DNA of 64,000 bases from positions 5,664,001 through 5,728,000 of the forward strand of contig OY760175.1 of the NCBI GenBank assembly GCA_963663165.1. Direction: 5' to 3'. The position numbers and the translations under genes were made by a program. Origin of the DNA: an uncultured Desulfospira sp. Lineage in GTDB: Bacteria; Desulfobacterota; Desulfobacteria; Desulfobacterales; Desulfobacteraceae. How positions within the stretch are numbered: position 1 is the first letter of the stretch; every line of letters begins with the position of its first letter. The notes under the pieces are model-generated. The model made no database searches. It worked only from the letters and a program-made list of their open reading frames with translations, and was not told where the DNA came from. Shown here piece by piece: positions 20,691 to 30,042 of this stretch.

Positions 20691-21404
20691 TCATGCCCCC
20701 AGGTAGGCTTTTTTAACCTCCGGGTCATCCAGCAGTTTACTGGCCGGGCCTTCAAGGACAATGGCGCCATGTTCGATCACATACCCTCTTTGGGCAAACT
20801 TCAGGGCAAGCCTTGCATTCTGCTCTACCAGCAAAATGGTGGTGCCGTATTTATTGATCTCTTTTAAGGCACCAAACATCTCCAGCATGAGCAGGGGGGC
20901 AAGCCCCATGGAGGGCTCATCCAGGATCATGAGTTTCCGGCCGCTCATATAACCTCTGCCCACGGCCAGCATCTGCTGCTCGCCGCCGGACAGGGTACCG
21001 GCCAGCTGGTTTTTCCGTTCTTCAAGGCGGGGAAACAGGTCAAACACCCACTTTTTGTCTTTTTCAATCTGGCCGGGATCTTTCCGGGCAAAACAGGCCA
21101 GGGTCAGGTTTTCCGTTACGGTCAGGTTGCCGAATATCCGACGTCCTTCAGGCACATGGGAGATCCCGAGCTTGCTGACCACCTTGTCTGTGGAATAGGA
21201 CAGCACATTTTTACCTTCAAATTCAATCACCGTGCCGGGCTCGCTGGGGACCATCCGGGAAATGGCCCGGAGGGTCGTGCTTTTACCGGCGCCGTTGGCC
21301 CCGATAATGGTGACGATTTCACCGGAATCAATGGTAAAGTCAAGCCCGTGGAGCGCTTTGATATTGCCGTAGGATACCTTAAGGTTTTTCACAGTCAGTT
21401 GCAT
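20691..21404 (-). CDS. livF: branched-chain amino acid ABC transporter ATPase
   Basis: GANGAGKST, HVPEGRRIF, LSGGEQQMLA, LDEPSMGLAP. Confidence 0.93.
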   Translation of the reverse strand: MQLTVKNLKVSYGNIKALHGLDFTIDSGEIVTIIGANGAGKSTTLRAISRMVPSEPGTVIEFEGKNVLSYSTDKVVSKLGISHVPEGRRIFGNLTVTENLTLACFARKDPGQIEKDKKWVFDLFPRLEERKNQLAGTLSGGEQQMLAVGRGYMSGRKLMILDEPSMGLAPLLMLEMFGALKEINKYGTTILLVEQNARLALKFAQRGYVIEHGAIVLEGPASKLLDDPEVKKAYLGA

Positions 21405-22177
21405 CAGGTCAAATCCTCCTTGCCCAGATAGGCCTCAATGACTTGGGGGTTGTTCTGGATCTCTTCCGGGGGCCCTTCAGCGATCACTTCCCCAAACACC
21501 AGGGTCTGGATATGCTCACAAAGCTCCATCACAAATTTCATGCGGTGTTCGATCAGGAAAATGGCCACCCCGAAATCCTCATGCACCTGCCGGATGATTT
21601 TGATCATCTGGATGAGTTCATCCGGGGTCATGCCGGCGGTGGGCTCATCCAGAAAGAGAACCTTGGGATTGGTGGCCATGGCCCTTGCCATCTCCACCCG
21701 GCGCTGGGCCCCGTAAGGCAGGCTGGTCACCAGCTGGTGGGCATGCTGTTTAATGTCAAAAAGCTCTAAGAGGCGATAGGCGTTTTCCTCGACTTTGGCC
21801 TCCTGCCTTCGGCATCTGGGGGTATTGAAAAATGAGTCAAAAAGGGTGTAGGTCAGCTGGGAATAATGGGCCATTTTGATGTGGTCCAGCACATTCATAT
21901 GCCGCCAGAGGGCCAGGTTCTGAAAGGTCCTGCCAAGGCCTTTGGCCGCGATTTCATTGGTGGCAAGTCCCACAATACTTTCATTCTCAAGTGTAATGCT
22001 GCCCTCGGTGGGGGTGTATACGCCGGTAATGAGGTTAAACACAGTGGTTTTTCCCGCACCGTTGGGGCCGATCAGGCCGACAATCTGCCTGGGTTCCACC
22101 ATCAGGTTATAATCACTGACCGCCCGTAATCCGCCAAAGTAATGGGTCATTTTATCTACATGAAGTAAAGGCGCCAT
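21404..22177 (-). CDS. livG: branched-chain amino acid ABC transporter ATPase
   Basis: FGGLRAV, GPNGAGKTT, RTFQN, LPYGAQRRVE, VIEAYLG. Confidence 0.93.
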   Translation of the reverse strand: MAPLLHVDKMTHYFGGLRAVSDYNLMVEPRQIVGLIGPNGAGKTTVFNLITGVYTPTEGSITLENESIVGLATNEIAAKGLGRTFQNLALWRHMNVLDHIKMAHYSQLTYTLFDSFFNTPRCRRQEAKVEENAYRLLELFDIKQHAHQLVTSLPYGAQRRVEMARAMATNPKVLFLDEPTAGMTPDELIQMIKIIRQVHEDFGVAIFLIEHRMKFVMELCEHIQTLVFGEVIAEGPPEEIQNNPQVIEAYLGKEDLT

Positions 22178-22186
22178 GGGGTCTCC

Positions 22187-23449
22187 TTATTTGCTGGGCT
22201 TGGCCGCAAGCATTTTTTTGGCATTGAACTCCCTAAAGGAGATCAGGCCGTAGGGCCTGAAGATCATCACAAAGATCAGTATCAGGGGAATAATGATCCA
22301 CTTAAAGAGTTCAAGGGGGCGCAGGGCCTCTCCCAAGATGTTGATGGAGACCGCACCGACAATGGACCCCACAATGGAGTTCAGCCCGCCGAAATAGACC
22401 ATGGCCAGAATTTCGGCCAGCCGGTTGATGCTGAACATGCCCGGATTGATATAGGCCAGGACATGGGCAAAGAGCCCCCCGGCCACCCCGGCCCAGAACG
22501 CGCCGAACATAAATGCGGTCATCTTGGTCTTCCGGGTTTTTACGGTCATGGATTCCGAGGCCGCCTCGTCGTCCCTTACGGCATTTAATGCCTTGCCCAT
22601 GATGGAGGTGACAAAGTTGTGGATCACAAAGATGCACAGCATGGTCCAGATAAAGATCACATGAAGGGGGGCCAGGTCCGGCTGGCCGCCCATGCCCCGG
22701 GCGCCGCCGATGACATTAAGGTTTTCCACGGCACTTTTGACTATGAACATAAAGGCAAGGGAGATGATGGCCAGGTAGTCGCCCCGGGTTCTAAAGGACG
22801 GAATGGCCACCAGAAGAGAGCTTAAGGCGGCGGCGGCCCCGCCGATCACCAGGGCAAAGGGGAACAGCCAGGGCCCAAGGCCGGGGGGCAAAAGGGCCGT
22901 CCCGAAAATCTTGTCATTGACAAACAGATAAAGGGTCAGCGCTGAGGATACATAGGCGCCCACGGCCATGAAACCGGGATGGGAGCAGCTGAACTCGCCC
23001 TGGTAGCCGTTGATCACGTTGATGCTGATGGTCAGGATAATGGAGATCAATGTCAGTTTCACCACCAGGACCCGATAGTCGTTGATGCCGGCCCACAGCT
23101 GCAGGACCCCGTAAAAACAGCACAGGTAAATAAGGACCGAAAGCCATAAGGGCAGTTTTTCCATGGCCCGGGCCAGGGGGTTGGTGAAAAACGTGGAGGC
23201 TTTTGCCACAAGGCAGACCGGCAGGAGATACACCAGAAGGTCATAAGCTAAGGCCCCGGGGATCATCATGGGGTCTTTGAGCATGATGATGGCACCGAAC
23301 AGCACCGGGATTTTGGGCAGGCCAAGGTAATAGGAAATATAGTCATACCCCCAGAAATACTCAATTAAGACAGCGGCCAGCAATCCTATAAGCCAGCCGG
23401 CCATGGGGATGTTGGCAAGAAATTTTTTAATGGGTTGTCCAATGTTCAT
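22187..23449 (-). CDS. livM: branched-chain amino acid ABC permease
   Basis: RTRGDYLAIISLAF, AVRDDEAA, many TM helices. Confidence 0.9.
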   Translation of the reverse strand: MNIGQPIKKFLANIPMAGWLIGLLAAVLIEYFWGYDYISYYLGLPKIPVLFGAIIMLKDPMMIPGALAYDLLVYLLPVCLVAKASTFFTNPLARAMEKLPLWLSVLIYLCCFYGVLQLWAGINDYRVLVVKLTLISIILTISINVINGYQGEFSCSHPGFMAVGAYVSSALTLYLFVNDKIFGTALLPPGLGPWLFPFALVIGGAAAALSSLLVAIPSFRTRGDYLAIISLAFMFIVKSAVENLNVIGGARGMGGQPDLAPLHVIFIWTMLCIFVIHNFVTSIMGKALNAVRDDEAASESMTVKTRKTKMTAFMFGAFWAGVAGGLFAHVLAYINPGMFSINRLAEILAMVYFGGLNSIVGSIVGAVSINILGEALRPLELFKWIIIPLILIFVMIFRPYGLISFREFNAKKMLAAKPSK

Positions 23450-23493
23450 GGCAGGTTTTTTTCCTGAAAACGGATAAAAGAAATAAAAAAATA

Positions 23494-24429
23494 TTACAGC
23501 CGAAGTTTGGTGCTGTGTTCCATACCGAAAAATCCCCTTGGCCTGAAGGTCAGTATCAACAGGATAATGGTGTAGGCAATCAGATCCCTTAAGGTGGATG
23601 GGAATATGGTGGCCACAAATATTTCAATAAAGCCTAAAAGGTATCCGGCCAGGGCCGCCCCTTTAATGGAGCCCCGGCCGCCAAGGATTGCCGCAACAAA
23701 GGCTTTCCAGCCGATCAGCACCCCCATGTAGGGATCCAGGATGGGATAGGCCTGGCCGTATAAAATGCCGGATACGGCGGCAAGCCCCGCCCCAATGGCA
23801 AAAGTTAACGGTGCAATGGTGTTAATGGAGACCCCCATGAGGGGGACGGCCAGAAAATCGTAGGACATGGCCCGCATGGCCATTCCCCATTTGGTTTTCT
23901 GGATAAAGGTGTGCAGGGCGATCATGAGCAGCAGGCTGATGATGATGATCATCACTTTGACGTTGGTGAAATAGACCCCGCCCACATTATAGGAAATCGA
24001 TTCAATAAGCGGGGGAAAGCTTAAGCGTTTGGCCCCGAGAAGAATTAAAATGCCGGTTTCGAATATAATCCCGATCATCAGGCCGGTGATGGCGGCCGAC
24101 GCACGGGGTGCCTGGCGCAGCGGCCGGTAGCCGGCAACCTCCACAAACACCCCGATCCAGGAGGCCAGGAACATGGTCACCACAATGGTGGCCACAAAAA
24201 TCAAAGGCCCCGGTAGAAAGCCTGCAAACAAAGCCAGGAAAAGGGTGGCAATGCCAAATCCGATATAGGTGCCCAGCATGAAAATATCACCATGGGCAAA
24301 GTTAAAGAGCATCAGTACGCCGTATACCATGGAATACCCAATGGAAATAACCGCGTAAAAACTGCCCCGCTGGAGTGCATTGATAAAGTTCTGAATAAAA
24401 TATTGGATCAAATCCGTAAAGGATTCCAT
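23494..24429 (-). CDS. livH: branched-chain amino acid ABC permease
   Basis: GYSMVYGVL..FNFAHGD, KAFVAAILGG; GGAG RBS before ATG 24429. Confidence 0.9.
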   Translation of the reverse strand: MESFTDLIQYFIQNFINALQRGSFYAVISIGYSMVYGVLMLFNFAHGDIFMLGTYIGFGIATLFLALFAGFLPGPLIFVATIVVTMFLASWIGVFVEVAGYRPLRQAPRASAAITGLMIGIIFETGILILLGAKRLSFPPLIESISYNVGGVYFTNVKVMIIIISLLLMIALHTFIQKTKWGMAMRAMSYDFLAVPLMGVSINTIAPLTFAIGAGLAAVSGILYGQAYPILDPYMGVLIGWKAFVAAILGGRGSIKGAALAGYLLGFIEIFVATIFPSTLRDLIAYTIILLILTFRPRGFFGMEHSTKLRL

Positions 24430-24463
24430 GGAACCACTCCTGTCGAAACAATAAAAATAACGC

Positions 24464-24506
24464 GACATAATGACTGCCGCAACAGGTTCCCGGCAGTCAT
24501 TATGTC
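24464..24506 (-). terminator. perfect 16-bp stem-loop between the binding-protein gene and livH
   Basis: GACATAATGACTGCCG / CGGCAGTCATTATGTC, followed by a T-rich run on the minus strand. Confidence 0.6.
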
Positions 24507-24547
24507 TAATTTAAAACCGTTATGAACTTTCGTTTTTCAACCGTTGG

Positions 24548-25723
24548 TTAGGGACATACGGATTTGTAAAACTCAAACTCACCCTTGTCGCTGATTTTAA
24601 CAATAACCGCGCATTTGATGGGGTCGCCTTCTTCTGTAAAGGTCATGTTGCCGGTGATGCCTTCAAAGTTTTTGACTTTTGCCAGGGCATCACGGACCGC
24701 CTTCCGGTCGGTTTCAATTTTACCGGTAATTTTACCGGTATTTTCAATGGCCTGCTGAACCAGGCGCAGGGCATCCCAGGTCAGGGCCGCCACATCGTCG
24801 GGAACGTATCCGTGGGCCTTGTTGTACCGGTCAATAAACGCCTTGGTGGCACCCTTGGCACCGGCTGCGGCGTAGTGGGATGAAAAGAACTGGCCATAGC
24901 AGTCTTCCCCGCAAAGTTCAACGGTTTCAGCCGATCCCCAGGAGTCGGACCCCACAATGGGGCCTTTCCATCCCAGTTCTTTGGCCTGTTTTACAATCAA
25001 GGGGATTTCATTGTAGTACTGGGGGGTAAACAACACCTGGGCCCCGGACTGAATAATTTTGGTCAGCTGGGAAGAAAAGTCCGTGTCTTTGGTGGTAAAG
25101 CTTTCAAAGGCCACAATAGAGCCGGCACCATGTTTTTTCTCCCATGCATCCTTAAACACTTCTGCCAGGCCTTTGGGGTAGTCGGACGCCACATCATAAA
25201 GAACAGCCGCTTTGGTAAACCCGAACTCATCGGTGATGAAGTTGGCCACCACAGGCCCCTGGAACGGGTCCAGGAAACAGCCCCGGAAGACAAACGGACG
25301 GTTCAAGGTGGTATCCGGGTTGGTGGACCAGGGGCTGATCATGACGGTTTCATATTTGTTGGCCACTTCCCCTGCGGGAATCGCCTGTTTGGAGGACTGG
25401 GGGCCGATGATGGCCAGGACATCATCCTGGCTGATCATTTTTGTGTTGGCTTTTACAGCGGACTCGGCCTTGGATTCATTGTCTTCAATGACCAGATCAA
25501 CCTTGTATTTTTTGCCGCCGACTTCAATTCCGCCCGCCTTTTCAATGTCTTCAAGCCACATCTGGGCCGCATATTTGGACCCCTCGCCAACCTTTGGGAT
25601 ATCACCGGTGAGGGGCGCGTTAATACCGATTTTAATAACGGTCTCTCTTTTACAAAACCCCGGTGATGAAAAAACCATGGCCATTGCAAGGACGGCAACC
25701 AGATAACAAGTGATTTTCTTCAT
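24548..25723 (-). CDS. livK: branched-chain amino acid ABC substrate-binding protein (LivK/LivJ family)
   Basis: signal peptide, IKIG..APLTG, FRGCFLDPFQG, DTDFSSQLTKI; heads the liv operon. Confidence 0.85.
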   Translation of the reverse strand: MKKITCYLVAVLAMAMVFSSPGFCKRETVIKIGINAPLTGDIPKVGEGSKYAAQMWLEDIEKAGGIEVGGKKYKVDLVIEDNESKAESAVKANTKMISQDDVLAIIGPQSSKQAIPAGEVANKYETVMISPWSTNPDTTLNRPFVFRGCFLDPFQGPVVANFITDEFGFTKAAVLYDVASDYPKGLAEVFKDAWEKKHGAGSIVAFESFTTKDTDFSSQLTKIIQSGAQVLFTPQYYNEIPLIVKQAKELGWKGPIVGSDSWGSAETVELCGEDCYGQFFSSHYAAAGAKGATKAFIDRYNKAHGYVPDDVAALTWDALRLVQQAIENTGKITGKIETDRKAVRDALAKVKNFEGITGNMTFTEEGDPIKCAVIVKISDKGEFEFYKSVCP

Positions 25724-25965
25724 GTTTCCTCCAAAAAATAAGTGTTAATTTGTGTTTCTTATGATTTATTACGACACCTGCCGTACAGCTTTAATAAATT
25801 TACCCGCCGGTTTTTTATCATTAGGTCTTCTGTCCAAAAGAGAATGGTCTGCACAACATCACCATAAGTGTATAAAAAAAACGGGGAACGAAGTAAAGGG
25901 AGAATTCGGATTTCTTTTATCTATCGCCTGAGGCATGGGTTAAGGGTATGGCTAACCGCTGACAG

Positions 25966-27361
25966 TTAAAAAGGTACCGGATATTCCCGGCAAAGCGCCT
26001 GTACCTCACGGGACACCCGCTCAAAGGTGCCGGGGGCACCGGGGTTGGACATGGTTTTGTCCATGAGATCCGCGATAACCCCCATTTGCAATTTCCCCAT
26101 TCCCCTGGCCGAGAGGGAACAGGTCCCGAGCCGGACCCCGCTGACCGCGCCCTGGCGGTCAGAATCCCGGGGGATGACATTCCGGTTGGCCACAATGCCC
26201 ACAGCTTCAAGCGCCTTTTCTGTGGCGCCGCCTTCAAGGCCCTTGCTGCCCACATCAATGATCACCTGATGGTTGTCGGTTCCGCCGGACACGATCCGGT
26301 AACCGTGCCGGGACAGTGCGGCTGCCAGGTGTTTTGCATTTTCAATGGTATTTTGCTGGATGGCTTTAAATCCCGGCCCCATGGCCAGCTTAAAGGTAAG
26401 GGCCTTGGCCGCCATAACGTTCACCGGGCTGGTGTCCTGGCACCCGGGAAAGACGCTGGCGTTTATTTGTTTTGCGTATTTTCCCCGGCTTAAAATCACA
26501 CCGCCCCTGGCGCCCATCATGGTTTTATAACAGGTAAAGGTGACAAAATCACTGTGCCGGACCGGGCTTGGAATGGCGCCGCCGGCCACCAGACCCGCGA
26601 TGTGGGCCATGTCCACCATAAAGTAAGCGCCAATGTCCCGGGCAATTTGGGAGAGCTTCTCATAGTCGATAAGCCTGGCATAGGAGCTGGCCTCGGCAAC
26701 GATCATTCTGGGCTTGAATTCATGGGCCATGGACTCGACTTGCCGGTAATTGATCCGCTCCGTGGTGAGGTCTACTGAATAATGTTTAAACGAAAGTAAC
26801 TATTCAGCTAATGCTGAAAACTAAGCAAAATCAGGGTCCGTAACTGTTCATCAGTGCTTCATATTTGTTTAGTCAGGACTTCGTAGCATACTTTTGCTAT
26901 GTGAGAAGGCCTGAATGAGCGAAGATGGGGCACTGATGAACAGTTACAAACGAAAAACATTTGCTGGTAATGGACGCCCGGTGGCCGTGGGAAAGGTGAC
27001 CCCCATGGGGAAGGTGCATGGAAAGGATTTTATCCCCCACATCCAGAATACTGAAATAAACAGCCAAATTGGCCGATGTCCCGCTGTGGGGCTGAACATT
27101 GACGTGCTCTGCCCCAAACAGTTGTTTCCCCCGTTCCATGGCCAGGTTTTCCACCTGGTCGGCAAACTGGCAGCCGGCATGGAACCGCCTGCCCGGGTAT
27201 CCTTCAATGGTCTTGGTGTTAAAGACAGACCCTAGGGCCTCCATAACAGAGACCGGGGAATGGCTTTCAGCTGCAATCATGTTAAGGGTGGTGTTGATCC
27301 TGGTGTCTTCTTTTTTGATCAGTTTGGCAATTTCAGGGTCATCCCTGGATATGAACGTCAT
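25966..27361 (-). pseudogene. glyA: serine hydroxymethyltransferase-like gene interrupted by a MITE
   Basis: EGYPGRRF, HVNVQPHSG, GGHLSHG, DMAHIAGLVA, VSGGTDNH, SGVRLGT; removing the insert plus one TSD restores a 411-codon frame. Confidence 0.9.
26796..26947. mobile_element. 152-bp MITE, family B copy 1, 8-bp TSD AAACGAAA
   Basis: TIR GTAACTATTCA / TGAACAGTTAC; direct repeats at 26788-26795 and 26948-26955. Confidence 0.92.
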
Positions 27362-27702
27362 ATGATTCTCTCCTTGTTTTTGGCCCGGCTGTCATGCTAC
27401 CGGTCAGGCACAATTTATGTCGGCCGGCCCGGTTAATGTCAACCCAAATATGGCCGGGCAGGTCTCTGGCAAGAACGGCTTGAAAGATGTTTGTTTTTCC
27501 TTGACCCGGTCAGCATACCATGTATGATAAAAACTTAAACCGGCCAAACCGTTTGAAAACGCCTTCAAGGCAAAGATTAAATGGCCGGGGTTCTGCCTGT
27601 TCACAAAAAACGCCCTGTCTCTTCCAATCGTCATCAGCTGGTTTTGCCGGATTTTCAGGCAGACTTAAATCATCAACCTGACGTTCTTTTATTAAAAATC
27701 AG

Positions 27703-28743
27703 ATGGAGGGAGAAACGATGAAAACAGCGCTGAAAACAGCAGTGGCTTTCCTGGTAGCGGCAGGCCTTGTTCTGGTGCCATGCAAGGGCCGCGCGGCCGA
27801 TCCGCCAGTTGACATTACGTTTATCAAGCCGGTTAAGTATAAATTAAGGCTGGCTCACGGGCTTCCTGTGGACTCTCTTTACGATAAGGGGTGTCAACGG
27901 TTTGCCGAACTGGTCAATATCTACACCGAAGGGGAAATTGAAATACAAATATTCCCCTTGGCCGAACTCGGCACAGAGCAGGAAACCACCAGGATGGTCC
28001 GGCTCGGCACTTTGGACTTAAGCCTTCAGGCGGTGAACAACACAACCATGTGGTACCCGCCCATGGACATTTATATCATGCCGTTTATCTTCAGAGACAG
28101 AACCCATGCGGAACATGTCCTGTTCGGCCCCATCGGGCAGAACATGGAAAAAGAATATATCGAGGCCAGCGACATGAGAATCGTATCCTGGTTTGAGTGG
28201 GGAGACCGGTCGATTTTTAATAAGATCAGGCCCATCAACAAGCCGGAGGACCTTAAAGGAATCCGGATCAGGGTCCCTAAAAATCCTGTGATGATTGATA
28301 CCTACAACACCCTTGGTGCCATTGCCGTGGCCATTGACTGGGGGCATCTGTACAATGCGCTCAAAGAGGATCTGGCCGACGGCCTGGAAGGCCCCCCGCC
28401 GGGCATGGTGGATATGAAATTCTATGATTTTTTGACCTATTACTCTTATATCAATGTGTTTTACGGCCTGGCCGATATGGTCATGAATGAGGCGTTGTTC
28501 CAGAGTTTAAGCCCTGAAAACCAGGCGGCCATATTAAAAGCCGGCAAAGAGGCCGGAAAACACCAGCGCTGGCTGTCTGCCCGGTCTCACCTGCTGGGGT
28601 TGCAAAAATTGTCGCAGCTCGGGGTTAAACTCAATAAAGTTGAGGACAAACAGGCTTTTGTGGATAAAGTCAAACCGGTTTGGGAAAAGTACAAGGAAAT
28701 CTTCGGGCAAGCGTTATTTGATGCCGTCATATACACCAATTAA
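27703..28743 (+). CDS. dctP: TRAP transporter substrate-binding protein (DctP family)
   Basis: signal peptide, LRLAH, PINKPEDLKGIRIRVP, LYNALKEDLADG. Confidence 0.88.
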   Translation: MEGETMKTALKTAVAFLVAAGLVLVPCKGRAADPPVDITFIKPVKYKLRLAHGLPVDSLYDKGCQRFAELVNIYTEGEIEIQIFPLAELGTEQETTRMVRLGTLDLSLQAVNNTTMWYPPMDIYIMPFIFRDRTHAEHVLFGPIGQNMEKEYIEASDMRIVSWFEWGDRSIFNKIRPINKPEDLKGIRIRVPKNPVMIDTYNTLGAIAVAIDWGHLYNALKEDLADGLEGPPPGMVDMKFYDFLTYYSYINVFYGLADMVMNEALFQSLSPENQAAILKAGKEAGKHQRWLSARSHLLGLQKLSQLGVKLNKVEDKQAFVDKVKPVWEKYKEIFGQALFDAVIYTN

Positions 28744-28817
28744 CATGACCCCGGTCTGCCCGGCACTGGTGGACAAATCGTCTGCCGGGGCCGCTGCCGG
28801 GTGGTGCGGGGACCGGA

Positions 28818-29135
28818 TCAGTTGCCGAATTCCGAGGCAAAAATCGACAGGTCCTCCTCATCCACCTCGCCGTCGTCGTTCAAATCCGCATCAGGGAAGA
28901 CACCGTCTGAAAAACTTTGGGTAAAGGTCTGTAAGTCGTTTCCGTCCACGTCATAGTCCGTATCCGTATCGGTCAGGTTGAACACGGTAAAGGTGGTGGT
29001 CTCGTCACTGGTAAAATCGTTCTGGGAAACAATGATGACGGATAGGTCCTCATTGGTCAGGCTGTATTCGGTTGAGATGTTCTAGGCCTTGGTGGTTGTC
29101 CCGCTGTTGGTAATGGTAAAGGTACAGGTTCCGGC
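28818..29135 (-). pseudogene. 3' remnant of a secreted protein with a dockerin/EF-hand-like C-terminus
   Basis: frame reads TFTITNSGTTTKA*NISTEY...DTDTDYDVDGNDL...DADLNDDGEVDEEDLSIFASEFGN*; internal TAG at 29082-29084; no convincing start. Confidence 0.6.
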
Positions 29136-29261
29136 CTGATTGTTTCCGCAAAATGATTCAAGGCAAAAAGGTGTATAATTTTGGTAAAAAATGTCATAAA
29201 GTTGTTGAAAATTTTTCCTATTTTGCCGTACAACAGGAAGGAGATTTGAAGGAGGCCGGTA

Positions 29262-29879
29262 ATGGATAGGGTATCCCCTGTGTTTGAACAGCATTATCAA
29301 TCTTACCTGGAGCAGATTTCCCTTCTGGATTTTGACGCATTGGCCCTGAAGTTGGGCGGAGAAGTTAAGGACAGCGGGAAGGTGCTTTCCCTGCCGTTAC
29401 TGGGGACATGGTATGATATTTCGTCCGGGGAAATCACAGGCCCGGGCCTTAAAAAACCGGGATATGATGCCTGTGTGATTTTATGCCGGTATCTGCTCAT
29501 GTGCCCGGATGAACTGCCCCGGGACCAGGTCTGGACAGGATTCCGGGACCTTAAGGATTCAGGTCCCCTGACCGTTTATTTCAAGGATAATGTGGAAAAG
29601 AAAATCGGGGATCATTTCGCGGGCGGACTGGACCGGTTAAAGACAATGCTCGGGCAGCTTGGCGCATATCCACCGGACCTGGATGTCAGCTATGATCTGG
29701 CTGTCCAGGTGGACGGACTGCCCCGGATCCCCATGGTGGTGCTGTTCAACGATGCAGAACCCGGGTTTCCGGCGTCCTGCTCTGTGCTGTTTCACCGGCA
29801 TGTGGAATCCTTTCTGGATGCCGAATGTATCGCCATGTTGGGGTACCGGTTAGGGGAACGGCTTTGCCGCCCTAAGTAA
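29262..29879 (+). CDS. DUF3786-like protein
   Basis: GGAGG RBS; ILCRYLL, W..FRDL, LPRIPM...FNDAEPGFPASCSVLF...FLDAEC. Confidence 0.75.
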   Translation: MDRVSPVFEQHYQSYLEQISLLDFDALALKLGGEVKDSGKVLSLPLLGTWYDISSGEITGPGLKKPGYDACVILCRYLLMCPDELPRDQVWTGFRDLKDSGPLTVYFKDNVEKKIGDHFAGGLDRLKTMLGQLGAYPPDLDVSYDLAVQVDGLPRIPMVVLFNDAEPGFPASCSVLFHRHVESFLDAECIAMLGYRLGERLCRPK

Positions 29880-30042
29880 ACGGTTTGATTTTGCTGATTG
29901 TAAAAAACGTGAAATTGACCGGGAAACCGGGTTTTCCGGGCTTTACATTCCGGTCATATGCTGGTACTTTAAAGCCGTTGAAGCGACTCACTTGGGATAC
30001 GGGGCAGAGTAAGAGCAAAACCCAAAAAATCGATGGATTAAA

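Noticed and set aside
27362..27700. ZMP/ZTP or glycine riboswitch upstream of glyA
   Set aside because: No consensus elements recognised by eye; an Rfam scan would be needed.
29082..29084. Pyrrolysine read-through of the in-frame TAG
   Set aside because: Not a methyltransferase context, no credible 5' end, and no pyl genes in the window; a nonsense mutation is simpler.
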